A DNA stretch of 32,000 nucleotides from Candidatus Iainarchaeum sp. (GCA_016205145.1 JACQJH010000002.1:570001-602000), one strand, 5' to 3'. Positions 23,354 through 31,685 are shown, counted from the first letter of the stretch. A program made the numbers and translations. The notes: generated by a model from the sequence alone, not told the origin.

Positions 23354-25081
23354 TTACTTTTTTGAAATCAAGCCTTTTAAAACAATCCCCAAAGCTATTA
23401 GGACCGCGATTCCGCCCGCAAGCATCAGCGTTTCATCTGAAACAATGCCTTTCAGGTTCGGAAGGCTTGAAACGCTTATTATGCCACCCGGGCTGTTCCC
23501 GCCCTGCAGGCTATTGCCGCCTTGCTCCGGCGTTTCGGGCTTTTCCTGCGGGGGCGGCGCGATTGTTTCCTGCAAAATTATCTCCTTTGAGTACTCAAGG
23601 CCGTTTCCCGCAACTGAAACTTCGAACCGCTTTGTCTGCGGCAATGGCAGGCGCATGGAAAACGTTTTTTCTGCCAGGCCTGGAACGGTTTCGGGTTGCG
23701 GCGATTCAAGCAGGCCCGGAATTGCGATTGAAACCGGCTCGTCCGCCGTTCCCTTGTTTGCAACGGAAATGTTCAGGTAAAGGACGCCGGATTTTACGAT
23801 CGGGATCACCTGTGTTACCTGGAGCTTCTGGCCTTCAGGGCCTGAGCCTGGAAAGACCTTGAGGCTGCGCGTTATTTCGCTGCCCGTGGAAAAAATCTTG
23901 AATTCGCCTTCAAGGTACTGGTTTTCCTGCAACGGGGTGTCGGTGCGCAGCTTCCATTCCACTGTTTTGGTTTCATTCGGCTTGAATGAAAGGGTCTGGC
24001 TTTTCTTTTCGGTTTCAAAGTCTTTTGGCAGGACAAGTTCCAATGGAACGATGTTATAGGTTGAAAGCAGGTTTGTGACCTGTGCCTGCAATGTTGTCCA
24101 TTCTCCGGTGTCCATTTCAAGGCCGGGAACCTCGACGCCGAGAACGTTTTCAAACCGCTTTATGCTGTTGACCTTGACGTCGATGGTTTTTTCCCCGAGA
24201 CTGACCTTTGCGGTTTCCGGGAACGAGATTCTGTCAGCCGCCTCGCTCGGATCGGAAAAAACGCCCATTGTTATGTGTGTGCCGTCGACCAAGCCGACTT
24301 CGCCGTAAGTCGAGTCGACCTGCACCCAGCCCGCGCTTGGACTGAAAACCTCGTTCCACGCATGGTTGGCCCATTTTGCGGCGGAATAGGAAACGCCGAC
24401 CGCAAACCTTGTGGGAATGTTTCTTGCGCGCAGCATCCCCGCCGACAAGGTTGCGAACTCGTCGCACACGCCGCGCCTTGATTCAAGGACCTGCAAAGTA
24501 GAATAGGTTTCAGGATAGTAGGCCCAGTCGTAGGTAACGTAATTGTGCGCCCAGTCCGCTATGTCCTTGACTGTTTCAATCCACGAATTTGAGTTGAAGT
24601 CGTTGAATGCGATTGTCCTTACGGCGGAGTCGTTCGATTCGACGTGTTGCGTCGGCTGAACGAATTCCGGATAGCGGCTTATTGGCAGGCCCAAATCATA
24701 GTCGCTGAGGCCGGAAATGTTTGCCTGCGTTTCAATGTTCGCCTTAATCGAATAGGAAAAGCCGCCTGTTTCGTAAAGCTCGAAAACCGCGAACCTGTTC
24801 CCGTACTTGTCATTCTCATATGTCGGGTAAACCCTGTTGCCGTTGATTTCCACGAATTCCTGTATGCTGTTAATCGACTGGTGCCCGGATTCCGAGAACG
24901 TGAGCAGTTTCACTATGACTTTTCCGTTCTGCGGCAGGCTGCCGGCAACAGAGCCGTTTGCGCTGATTGAAACGTCGGCATTCACGCCTTGAATGTTAGT
25001 CGGAAAATCGCCTATTTCCTGCGCAGACAATGCAGGAAGCAGGGCAAAAACCGCAAGCAGTAAAAAGGCCGTTTTTTGCAT
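23354..25081 (-). CDS. Secreted transglutaminase-like cysteine protease-fold protein with C-terminal membrane anchor
   Basis: Signal peptide MQKTAFLLLAVFALLPALSA. Core RRGVCDEFATL...HAWNEV...VDSTYG carries the Cys-His-Asp triad pattern. C-terminal TM GGIAVLIALGIVLKGLISKK. Confidence 0.75.
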   Translation of the reverse strand: MQKTAFLLLAVFALLPALSAQEIGDFPTNIQGVNADVSISANGSVAGSLPQNGKVIVKLLTFSESGHQSINSIQEFVEINGNRVYPTYENDKYGNRFAVFELYETGGFSYSIKANIETQANISGLSDYDLGLPISRYPEFVQPTQHVESNDSAVRTIAFNDFNSNSWIETVKDIADWAHNYVTYDWAYYPETYSTLQVLESRRGVCDEFATLSAGMLRARNIPTRFAVGVSYSAAKWANHAWNEVFSPSAGWVQVDSTYGEVGLVDGTHITMGVFSDPSEAADRISFPETAKVSLGEKTIDVKVNSIKRFENVLGVEVPGLEMDTGEWTTLQAQVTNLLSTYNIVPLELVLPKDFETEKKSQTLSFKPNETKTVEWKLRTDTPLQENQYLEGEFKIFSTGSEITRSLKVFPGSGPEGQKLQVTQVIPIVKSGVLYLNISVANKGTADEPVSIAIPGLLESPQPETVPGLAEKTFSMRLPLPQTKRFEVSVAGNGLEYSKEIILQETIAPPPQEKPETPEQGGNSLQGGNSPGGIISVSSLPNLKGIVSDETLMLAGGIAVLIALGIVLKGLISKK

Positions 25082-25144
25082 GGGAAAGAATAGGCACTGC
25101 AGGTTAATAATTTTTTTTGCAGAAAAAAAGAGCGTTGCGGGGGG

Positions 25145-25303
25145 CTACTTTCTCAGGATTCTGGATTCAATGCCCTCGTTTGCCGCCTTGTACTTTTCAA
25201 TCGACTCGACCGCATCCTTAAGCCACATGGAGTTGCGGATGCTTTTTTCGCCTTCAAGGCGGTGTTTCAATTCAGCGATTATTTCGTCAAGCTGGAGGCG
25301 CAT
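25145..25303 (-). CDS. Possible 52-aa helical protein downstream of hjc
   Basis: My own translation of the minus strand: MRLQLDEIIAELKHRLEGEKSIRNSMWLKDAVESIEKYKAANEGIESRILRK. It is below the ORF-track size cut-off, reads more plausibly than the overlapping plus-strand ORF 24993..25319, and has no known motif. Confidence 0.35.
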   Translation of the reverse strand: MRLQLDEIIAELKHRLEGEKSIRNSMWLKDAVESIEKYKAANEGIESRILRK

Positions 25304-25366
25304 AAAAAAACCGTTTTAAAAAAACCTTTCTGACAGATTTTTCCCTGAATGGTTTTAAAAACAGAA

Positions 25367-25768
25367 TCAAAGAGTCGCCTGGGCTCCCGCGACAATCGTC
25401 AATGGCAGGCCGGATTTCATGGCCTTCACAAGCGAAATCGAGTGCGCTTTCTGGCTCCTGTTGAACTGCTCCGGCTTCAAAAACTTCCAGCCCTTGTGCG
25501 GAATCTTCCAGCCCACGAAAAAGTCCGTGCCCGCCCGCTCGGACCAGGAGGCAAGCTCCGCCATCTGCTGGTTGGAAATGTTCAGGTAATTGCCCTTCCA
25601 GGCCTTGCACTCTATGGCAAGCTGTTTTCCGGGCCTCAGGGCAACTATGTCTGGCGCTGGAAGGCTGGATTTGCCCGATCCGGCTATCCTGACGACAGAA
25701 AAACCCAGGGCATAGAAAAGCTGGTTGAGTTCGCGTTCGGCGCTAGCACCCTTGTCATACCTCGCCAT
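25367..25768 (-). CDS. hjc: Holliday junction resolvase Hjc
   Basis: KGASAERELNQLFYALGFSVVRIAGSG...PDIVAL...LAIECK is the Hjc catalytic pattern (E...PD...ExK). Confidence 0.9.
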   Translation of the reverse strand: MARYDKGASAERELNQLFYALGFSVVRIAGSGKSSLPAPDIVALRPGKQLAIECKAWKGNYLNISNQQMAELASWSERAGTDFFVGWKIPHKGWKFLKPEQFNRSQKAHSISLVKAMKSGLPLTIVAGAQATL

Positions 25769-25884
25769 TTTCAGCCCCGGTAAACATTAATAAGCCTTCA
25801 CATTTATAAGTGTTTTAGAATTTCATAAGCGGTGCCGGAATCGGGCCTTTTTTGGCTTGGATTTTGCACTTTTTTGGAAGCTTG

Positions 25885-26157
25885 ATGGTTGAAAATTTTG
25901 TTTTGAAAATAAGGGTTGTCCCGAACGCGGAAAAATTCGCGGTCGGGGACTTTGACCCCTGGACCGGCGCGCTCAAAGTTTGGGCTGCAGCCCCTCCTGA
26001 CAAAGGAAAGGCAAACGCCGAAATCGTAAAAGAACTTGAAAAATTTTTTGAAGCAAAGGCAACAATTGTAAGCGGGGAAAAAGCCAGGACAAAAGAAATC
26101 CTCATCGAAAAACCGAAGGATTTTGTCCTCGCAAGGCTCGCGAACTTCCAAAAATAG
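25885..26157 (+). CDS. DUF167 / YggU (UPF0235) family protein
   Basis: LKIRVVPNAEKFAV...GALKVWAAAPPDKGKANAEIVKELEKFF...IVSGEKARTKEILI matches the YggU pattern. Start at MVENF (ATG 25885). Confidence 0.75.
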   Translation: MVENFVLKIRVVPNAEKFAVGDFDPWTGALKVWAAAPPDKGKANAEIVKELEKFFEAKATIVSGEKARTKEILIEKPKDFVLARLANFQK

Positions 26158-26224
26158 GCAATGCAAATTCCAGGAATTTGCCTGATTCTAGCGGCCGAAA
26201 AAAATTGACGGAAGTGGTTTGCAA

Positions 26225-27631
26225 ATGGCAAAAACTTACATAAACAACGTAAAGTACATGATAAAGGCCAAGTTTGAGATAAACGGCGTCGTGGACAAGC
26301 ATGACATCATCGGCGCGGTTTTCGGCCAGTCCGAAGGCCTTATCGGCGACGACCTCGATTTGAGGGAACTGCAGAAGAACGGCAAAATCGGCAGGATTGA
26401 AATCAACAGCACCACTGTTGAAGGAAAAACCGCCGGCGAACTTTTTGTTCCAAGCTCGATGGACATGGTCAAGACAAGCATCCTTGCGGCCGCAATTGAA
26501 ACTGTTGAAAAGGTCGGCCCCTGGGAGTCGAAATTCGAGATTCTCACGATTGACGACACTCGCAGCGCGAAACGCAAGGAAATAATCGAAAGGTCGAAGG
26601 AACTGCTGAAAAAGCTGAACATGACATTACCGCAGGCGCAGGAGCTCGCGGAAGAGATAAAGGAGGACGTCTGGGCAGCCGACATAGTTTCTTACGGCAC
26701 GGACAACCTTTCAGCCGGCCCCGACATTGACAGTTCAAACGAAATAATCCTGGTCGAAGGCAGGGCGGATGTCCTGAATCTTTTGCGCAACCAGGTGAGA
26801 AACGTGATTGCGGTCGAAGGCTCCACAGTAAGCCCGACAATAATAGAGCTGTGCTCGAAAAAAAGCATCACGGTTTTCTTTGACGGCGACCGGGGCGGGC
26901 TGTTGAACCTGAGAAGGCTCCAGCAGTCGGCGAAAGTCGACTTTGTCGCAAAGGCGCCGGAAGGCAAGGAAGTCGAAGAGCTCACGAGAAAGGAAATCGT
27001 CATGGCGCTCCGCAAAAAAATTCCGATAAGCGAAATGAACCTCGGTCCAGAGCAGCCTTCAACAGGCTTTGAGGAAAGGTCCTTTGACAGGCCAATGCGC
27101 TCCGACATGCATGGCGGCATGAGAAGCAGGGGTCCTGGAAGGTTTTCACCGCGCCCACAGCACGGGCCGAGAACAGGCGGCTTCGGCGGAAGACCTCCGT
27201 TTGAGCCGAGGCAGGGCTTCGGCGGAAGGCCAAGCAGGTTTTCCTCACGCCCACAGAGAGGCGGCGGAAGGCCGGGCGCGCCGAGAATGAGAATGTCTTT
27301 CTCGCGCACAACCGAAGCGCCCGAGAAAAGGGAAATACCGGCAAACCTGCCGCCGGAAGCGGCGGAATTCTCCGATGCAATGCGCGAAATAAAGGATTCC
27401 TTGAAGGCAAGGCTCCTGGACTCGCAGAAAAACGCGATCGCGGAAGTGCCTGTAAGGGATTTGCTGAAGACAATCAAATCCGAAAAGGGCATTGACACGG
27501 TCATTTTCGACGGTGTCGTGACCAAAAGGCTTGTTGACGAGGCAGTGAAAAGCGGGGTCAAAACCATTGTCGGCGTTAAAAAGGGCAGCGTTCCGGAAAC
27601 ACCGGAAATCAAAATCATAACGCTGTCTTAA
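26225..27631 (+). CDS. dnaG: Archaeal DnaG (Toprim; exosome-associated primase homologue) with RG-rich insert
   Basis: N-terminus YMIKAKFEINGVVDKHDIIGAVFGQSEGLIGDDLDLRELQKNGKIGRIEI is typical of archaeal DnaG. Toprim region EIILVEGRADVLNL...FFDGDRGG. RG/P-rich low-complexity stretch at about nt 27085-27300. Confidence 0.85.
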   Translation: MAKTYINNVKYMIKAKFEINGVVDKHDIIGAVFGQSEGLIGDDLDLRELQKNGKIGRIEINSTTVEGKTAGELFVPSSMDMVKTSILAAAIETVEKVGPWESKFEILTIDDTRSAKRKEIIERSKELLKKLNMTLPQAQELAEEIKEDVWAADIVSYGTDNLSAGPDIDSSNEIILVEGRADVLNLLRNQVRNVIAVEGSTVSPTIIELCSKKSITVFFDGDRGGLLNLRRLQQSAKVDFVAKAPEGKEVEELTRKEIVMALRKKIPISEMNLGPEQPSTGFEERSFDRPMRSDMHGGMRSRGPGRFSPRPQHGPRTGGFGGRPPFEPRQGFGGRPSRFSSRPQRGGGRPGAPRMRMSFSRTTEAPEKREIPANLPPEAAEFSDAMREIKDSLKARLLDSQKNAIAEVPVRDLLKTIKSEKGIDTVIFDGVVTKRLVDEAVKSGVKTIVGVKKGSVPETPEIKIITLS

Positions 27632-27679
27632 AAAAAACGGCAAAGGTTTTCAAAAAAAAAGATTGAAAAAAAATAGGTT

Positions 27680-27703
27680 GGGCGGATTTTCCGCCCCTTT
27701 TTC
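27680..27703. terminator. Hairpin plus T-tract between convergent genes
   Basis: GGGCGG-atttt-CCGCCC followed by ctttttc, with A-tracts on the other side. It sits between the dnaG stop (27631) and the stop of the minus-strand gene (27704). Confidence 0.4.
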
Positions 27704-28126
27704 TTATTTTCTTTTTTTCGGCCACTCGCGCTTTTTAACGTCGCGCAAGTCAGCGACAGTTTCTTCAATCGGAATTGTCAGGCTGCCTGTGCGGTAAAGC
27801 AGGAGGCCAAGGATTACCGCCGCGCCCCAGAACAAGAGGTTTGCAATCGGCCCCAAAAAGATTTCAAGCAATTGCCTGGTCGTTATTTCGCCTGCACCGG
27901 GCTTCAAGTGGATGCCGGTTATCTTGTAAATGCTGTCCTGGCACTCCAAAACCGTTTCCTTTGTCGTCGCCTTGTCAATGCAGTCCTTTGTCACGTCCCA
28001 GGAATCGAACATTACAGCCGTTGCCCTGAAAAACATCAGGACCGCGGCAAACAGTATGAATGCGCCAATAAGTTTCGGCAGGTGCACGTCCCTGCCGCCA
28101 AATCTCAACAAAATAACCCGCTTCAT
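27704..28126 (-). CDS. Two-TM membrane protein, hypothetical
   Basis: 140 aa with hydrophobic segments LIGAFILFAAVLMFF and ANLLFWGAAVILGLLLY, two Cys in the loop and a basic C-terminus. Confidence 0.55.
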   Translation of the reverse strand: MKRVILLRFGGRDVHLPKLIGAFILFAAVLMFFRATAVMFDSWDVTKDCIDKATTKETVLECQDSIYKITGIHLKPGAGEITTRQLLEIFLGPIANLLFWGAAVILGLLLYRTGSLTIPIEETVADLRDVKKREWPKKRK

Positions 28127-28174
28127 AAAATAACACTCCGCCGGTCAGAAAACCTAAATAATAAACGCTTTCAG

Positions 28175-28182
28175 TATTTAAA
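28175..28182 (+). promoter_or_regulatory. TATA-like box upstream of ORF 28205
   Basis: tatttaaa ends 23 nt upstream of ATG 28205. Confidence 0.35.
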
Positions 28183-28204
28183 CTTTTGTTGCCCAAACTT
28201 CATC

Positions 28205-28489
28205 ATGCCACGGCACAGTGCGCGCGAAATGGAACGCAGGACCGGATGGGAGTTCAAAAGGGACGGATTCAACCTGCGCCAAGAGGCAGACAAGGAGACT
28301 CACAGAACCGGCGCCCTGCATTATGCGAGGGGCCGTGCTTTGGAAGCCTACACCATTTACAAGCGCGCTTTCGGCGTTCCCGAAATGATTCCGGACAGGC
28401 AAAAAGATTTCATCGGCATAGTCGAAAGCCGCGACGGGAAGAGAAAAACGTATTGGTATATCGACCGGCGCGGGCAAAACAGCGAATGA
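28205..28489 (+). CDS. Hypothetical 94-aa basic protein
   Basis: The ATG-initiated C-terminal part of listed ORF 27872..28489 reads MPRHSAREMERRTGWEFKRDGFNLRQ...TYWYIDRRGQNSE. It is more protein-like than the antisense ORF 28178..28504 and has a TATA-like box upstream. Confidence 0.45.
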   Translation: MPRHSAREMERRTGWEFKRDGFNLRQEADKETHRTGALHYARGRALEAYTIYKRAFGVPEMIPDRQKDFIGIVESRDGKRKTYWYIDRRGQNSE

Positions 28490-28507
28490 TGAAATGCCCT
28501 GCAAGCG

Positions 28508-28518
28508 CTTTTAATAAC
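28508..28518 (+). promoter_or_regulatory. TATA-like box upstream of tRNA-Val
   Basis: cttttaataac lies about 25-35 nt upstream of tRNA position 1 (28543). Confidence 0.4.
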
Positions 28519-28542
28519 CTTTTTCCCGAAAAAATCGTTTGA

Positions 28543-28615
28543 GGGCCCGTGGTCCAGCGGTTACGACGACGCCTTTACAAGGCGTAAGTCGGCGGTTCGA
28601 TCCCGCCCGGGCCCA
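28543..28615 (+). tRNA. tRNA-Val (anticodon TAC), intron-less
   Basis: Acceptor GGGCCCG/CGGGCCC, anticodon stem ACGCC/GGCGT, loop TTTACAA, T arm GGCGG-TTCGATC-CCGCC, discriminator A. No encoded CCA. Confidence 0.9.
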
Positions 28616-28748
28616 AGCAGCCGATTTCGTCCGCAGCCGTCACGTCCGGCGGGTACGAACCAAGGCTTATCATGGCAAAATCGCGATTTTGCCATGTGCC
28701 CGGAATCTTGGGATTCCGGTGCATGCTGCTGCAATAAGCCGAGTAAGC
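28616..28748 (+). repeat. Hairpin element directly abutting the tRNA-Val 3' end
   Basis: ccgatttcgtccgc, ccgtcacgtccggcgggtacg, then gaaccaagg, hairpin CATGGCAAAATC/GATTTTGCCATG (28671-28696), hairpin TGCCCGGAATC/GATTCCGG(T)GCA (28697-28723), and gccgagtaagc. Colinear with the minus strand of 19239-19420. Confidence 0.7.
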
Positions 28749-28809
28749 AGTACCAAAAATTAGATTGCAAGAGGCCGAAGCCCCCCCCATTGCATTTGAA
28801 ACAAACCGC

Positions 28810-29814
28810 TTATCTTTTTCTTGCAGGCGTTTTCTGCGCCGGGCGGCTGTATCTTCTGGGCGCCGGCCTTGCGGGCCTGTCTGAAATAGGCTCTATTTTC
28901 CATGCGGGCTGCCGGACTGCCTGCTGAGCATTTCTTGGCGGGGAAAGTTCCCTGTAAATGCCGACGTGAAAGAATGTTTCGATGAGAATCTGTGCGGGCA
29001 GGACAATTAGGCCGGCGATTGTGGATAATGCCATTGTTGCGAGCATTGCATTGATGGAAGCCGGGCTGGCATACATGAAGCCGGCAGGCGCCTTTGCGAC
29101 CAGGTCAAGGACGAATGCCGCAACGAACAGCGGCACGAAAACTATTATGCCGGAAATTAAAATGTTGAGGACGTTGCCCCGTGTAATTTTCCACGACTGC
29201 TTAAGCGAGGACATTATGCCGGCGTTGGTTTCAAAAAAAATCGGCACCGCCACTGAAAGCCTGTATGAATTGTAAATTATTACTGCAACGTAAACCAGGA
29301 GGCCCACAAACCCGGTTATTATCATGAGAGTTGCGATCAGGCCGGCTGTTTTCGCAAAAATTATTCCCGCGACAAACAGCACCAGGGAGACGCCCAGAAT
29401 AGCCAGGAGCTTGGGCTTGAAAAGCGAAAAAAGCGCCACAAAACCCTCCGCAATCGAGAGCAGCAAAAACCTGAGAACCTTTGACTTGGAAACAATGTCA
29501 TGCCGGTAACCGGCTTTTGACATGCCGAAAACCACTGCCTTGGCCTGGATGAAAAACATCAGGGCAATATATGCAATGTAGATTATGATGCCGCCGACGA
29601 TGATTGCCGGCAATGCGGACAAAAATCCTGCCGTGGCACTGAGGGCGTCGCCCGAAAGCAGCGACATTACCGCGGGACCCGCCGCAAGGAAAATGAGGCC
29701 GCCCAAAAGGGTGTAAAACGCCAGTGCCAGGCAGATTGTTGCGGCAAAAAACTTCACGCTGCGCTTTTCTTTCAGCCAGCTGTAGGAAAACTTCAAAACC
29801 TGTTCGAACTGCAT
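28810..29814 (-). CDS. Polytopic membrane protein with basic Pro/Arg-rich C-terminal tail, hypothetical
   Basis: 334 aa with at least 6 hydrophobic segments. Tail reads PRNAQQAVRQPAWKIEPISDRPARPAPRRYSRPAQKTPARKR. Confidence 0.6.
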   Translation of the reverse strand: MQFEQVLKFSYSWLKEKRSVKFFAATICLALAFYTLLGGLIFLAAGPAVMSLLSGDALSATAGFLSALPAIIVGGIIIYIAYIALMFFIQAKAVVFGMSKAGYRHDIVSKSKVLRFLLLSIAEGFVALFSLFKPKLLAILGVSLVLFVAGIIFAKTAGLIATLMIITGFVGLLVYVAVIIYNSYRLSVAVPIFFETNAGIMSSLKQSWKITRGNVLNILISGIIVFVPLFVAAFVLDLVAKAPAGFMYASPASINAMLATMALSTIAGLIVLPAQILIETFFHVGIYRELSPPRNAQQAVRQPAWKIEPISDRPARPAPRRYSRPAQKTPARKR

Positions 29815-29847
29815 TCTCGGGTCACCGTCAAAAGAAGCGGTTAAGTA

Positions 29848-30588
29848 TTATTTAATCTTAATCTTTGCCGAAATTTTTTTCCAGACCTCATCCGACACTT
29901 CTGCAATGGACTTGATTTTCTTGCCGGACTCCATGCAGTCCACTACGAGCCAGTTTTCCTTTTCAGCAAGGCGCAGGTAAATCCTGCGGACGCGCTCCAT
30001 GTACGAAAAGTTCAGTTCATGCAAGTCCTTTTTCTTGTCCTTCATCAGCTTCCTCGACATAGAAGCCGGAACGTCAAGCAGTACAGTGAGGTCGGGCTTG
30101 GGAAACCTGCCTTCCACGTTTTTCGCCCATTCAATGAATTCCGCCTGCTTTTTTTCGTCAGTGTACTTTGCGCTCTGGTACGCGAGGTTCGAGGCCACAA
30201 ACCTGTCCAGGACGACCATTTTTCCCGCTTCGAGTTCCTTGCGGATTTTTGCGGACGCGGAATACTTGTCAATAGAGTAAAGCATCATGCACACTTCCGG
30301 CGCCATCCTGTAAGGGTTGCCGAAGCCGCCATTAAGGTATTTTGAAATCAGCGAGCCGAAAAATGTCTTGTAGCGCGGAAACGCCATGAAAACGCCTGGA
30401 ACGTTTTTTTTGCGCAGGCGCCTGAAAAAAAGCCTCGACTGCGAGGACTTCCCCGAACCGTCAATTCCCTCGAAAACTATGAGTTTGCCCTTCAAAACCA
30501 GCCACCGGAACGGGAAGATAACTGACAAAGAGGTTAATAAAATTTTCCGCCGAAAAAGTTGTTGGCGTTCCGGCTGGCTGGGTTCCAT
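29848..30588 (-). CDS. tmk: Thymidylate kinase
   Basis: P-loop FEGIDGSGKS, DRF motif and lid region. ATG 30588 gives an atypical 31-aa N-terminal extension. TTG 30495 (KGKLIVFEGIDGSGKS), with ttttattaa about 45 nt upstream, is the more typical start. Confidence 0.8.
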   Translation of the reverse strand: MEPSQPERQQLFRRKILLTSLSVIFPFRWLVLKGKLIVFEGIDGSGKSSQSRLFFRRLRKKNVPGVFMAFPRYKTFFGSLISKYLNGGFGNPYRMAPEVCMMLYSIDKYSASAKIRKELEAGKMVVLDRFVASNLAYQSAKYTDEKKQAEFIEWAKNVEGRFPKPDLTVLLDVPASMSRKLMKDKKKDLHELNFSYMERVRRIYLRLAEKENWLVVDCMESGKKIKSIAEVSDEVWKKISAKIKIK

Positions 30589-30632
30589 CAGAACCTACAC
30601 CGGCCGGAAAGCGTTCCGAGCGAAGCGAGGCA

Positions 30633-30686
30633 GCCCGATGAAGCGAAGCGAATCGGGCGTCGGACTCGGCGGACGAAATCGCCGAG
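30633..30686 (+). repeat. Two GC hairpins forming the 5' flank of tRNA-Gly(TCC)
   Basis: GCCCGAT-gaagcgaagcga-ATCGGGC at 30633-30658 and CTCGGCG-gacgaaat-CGCCGAG at 30665-30686. The second is the reverse-orientation version of the TTTCGT-loop hairpin, and its last base is tRNA position 1. Confidence 0.65.
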
Positions 30687-30796
30687 CGCCTGTAGCGTAG
30701 TGGTAGCGTTCGACCCTTCCAAAACTTTTTTAGAAAAAAAGTTTGCAAAAAAGTCGAGGTGAGGTCGCGGCCCGGGTTCGACTCCCGGCGGGCGCA
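30686..30796 (+). tRNA. tRNA-Gly (anticodon TCC) with 40-nt intron at 37/38
   Basis: Acceptor GCGCCTG/CGGGCGC, D stem GCGT/GCGT (wobbles), anticodon stem CGACC/GGTCG, spliced loop CTTCCAA, T arm CCGGG-TTCGACT-CCCGG, discriminator A. Intron is 30722..30761, with central helix CTTC/GAGG and 3' bulge TGA. The 5' side is less regular, so this is a relaxed BHB. Confidence 0.8.
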
Positions 30797-30798
30797 TT

Positions 30799-30825
30799 GG
30801 CCCATCGAGCAAAGCGAGATGGGCC
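30799..30825 (+). repeat. Trailer hairpin of tRNA-Gly(TCC)
   Basis: GGCCCATC-gagcaaagcga-GATGGGCC. The loop 12-mer gagcaaagcgag is the reverse complement of 15610-15621. Confidence 0.55.
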
Positions 30826-30832
30826 TATTGCC

Positions 30833-30868
30833 GTGAATTTTGATAAAACTTTTATCAAAAGTTTTCCC
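30833..30868. repeat. 36-nt AT-rich palindromic motif downstream of tRNA-Gly(TCC)
   Basis: gtgaaTTTTGATAAAAcTTTTATCAAAAgttttccc, the reverse complement of 23087-23122 at 35 of 36 positions. It may double as the TATA region for rnp4 (ATG 30897). Confidence 0.75.
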
Positions 30869-30896
30869 GACGGGCGCAACTAAAAAATTGGTTCTG

Positions 30897-31229
30897 ATGG
30901 CTTCGAAGAAATTGTCCGTGCAAAAAATCGCGTTGGAGCGCATTTACCGCCTGTTCGAGCTGGCGGAAAAGGAACTGGAAAAGCCTTCCGGCGGAAGGTC
31001 GAAAAGGTATGTGCAACTGGCATTGAAAATCCGGGACAGGAACAGGGCAAGGCTGCCGGTTGAATTGAAGGCAAGGTTCTGCAAAAAATGCAAGGCATTT
31101 CTGATGCCGGGAAAAAACTGCACTGTGCGGGTTTCAGGAAAAATGGTTGTTGTTTCATGCCTCGGCTGTGGTAGCATAAAAAAGATGGGCGCCAAGGAAA
31201 AGAAGGCAAAAGTGGTGGAACGGAGTTGA
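30897..31229 (+). CDS. rnp4: RNase P protein component 4 (Rpp21/Rnp4)
   Basis: IALERIYRLFELAEKE helical N-domain, then Zn ribbon FCKKCKAFL...VSCLGCGS. Start at MASKKL (ATG 30897). Confidence 0.85.
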   Translation: MASKKLSVQKIALERIYRLFELAEKELEKPSGGRSKRYVQLALKIRDRNRARLPVELKARFCKKCKAFLMPGKNCTVRVSGKMVVVSCLGCGSIKKMGAKEKKAKVVERS

Positions 31230-31241
31230 AAGTGGTTTTGT

Positions 31242-31505
31242 ATGGCGGGCAAAAAAGCGGGCAATGAACTGAAGGCGGAAATGCAGATCGGGAAGAACGG
31301 CATTTCCAAGGCGCTTGTCGAAGAGCTGAAAGCACGGCTTGCGAAAAGGCGTTTTGTCAAGGTCAAGGTCCTGGCGGCGCTCAAGGCAAACAGGAAGCTC
31401 CTGGCGGAAAAGATTGCCTTGGAAGTGAATGCAAGCGTCGAGGAAGTCAAGGGCAGCACTGTCGTGTTCCACGCGCATGCAAGGGAAGAGGGCAGGGGCC
31501 GTTGA
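31242..31505 (+). CDS. YhbY/CRM-domain RNA-binding protein
   Basis: 87 aa. LKAEMQIGKNGISKALVEELKARLAKRRFVKVKVL matches the CRS1-YhbY pattern. Confidence 0.75.
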   Translation: MAGKKAGNELKAEMQIGKNGISKALVEELKARLAKRRFVKVKVLAALKANRKLLAEKIALEVNASVEEVKGSTVVFHAHAREEGRGR

Positions 31506-31511
31506 GCATAA

Positions 31512-31566
31512 GTGGTGCCGCAACAGCGGCACCACCAAGGGGGCGTGCGAGGGGCGTCAGCCCTGC
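31512..31566 (+). repeat. Hairpin module after the yhbY stop
   Basis: GTGGTGCCGC-aaca-GCGGCACCAC followed by caagggggcgtgcgaggggcgtcagccctgc. This is the same design (CGC-AACA-GCG apex, then a CAAGGGG...CCCTGC unit) as 15542-15610 on the opposite strand. Confidence 0.55.
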
Positions 31567-31685
31567 TAACAAAGCTTTTTAAAGGTTTTATCCGAGAGAA
31601 ACGTATAATCGGCTTCTAATTTTGGAAGCTTCGGGCAATGCCCGTAAAGCAAATGCTTCGAAAGAAGCGAAAATGGTGATGATTT

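Noticed and set aside
24993-25319. 108-aa plus-strand ORF downstream of the transglutaminase-like gene
   Set aside because: The composition is implausible, and it overlaps both the start of the 23354-25081 gene and a more protein-like 52-aa minus-strand ORF.
10973-31566. Possibility that the recurring repeats form a CRISPR array
   Set aside because: The repeats are of several different types, irregularly spaced over kilobases and interleaved with genes. There is no repeat-spacer periodicity.
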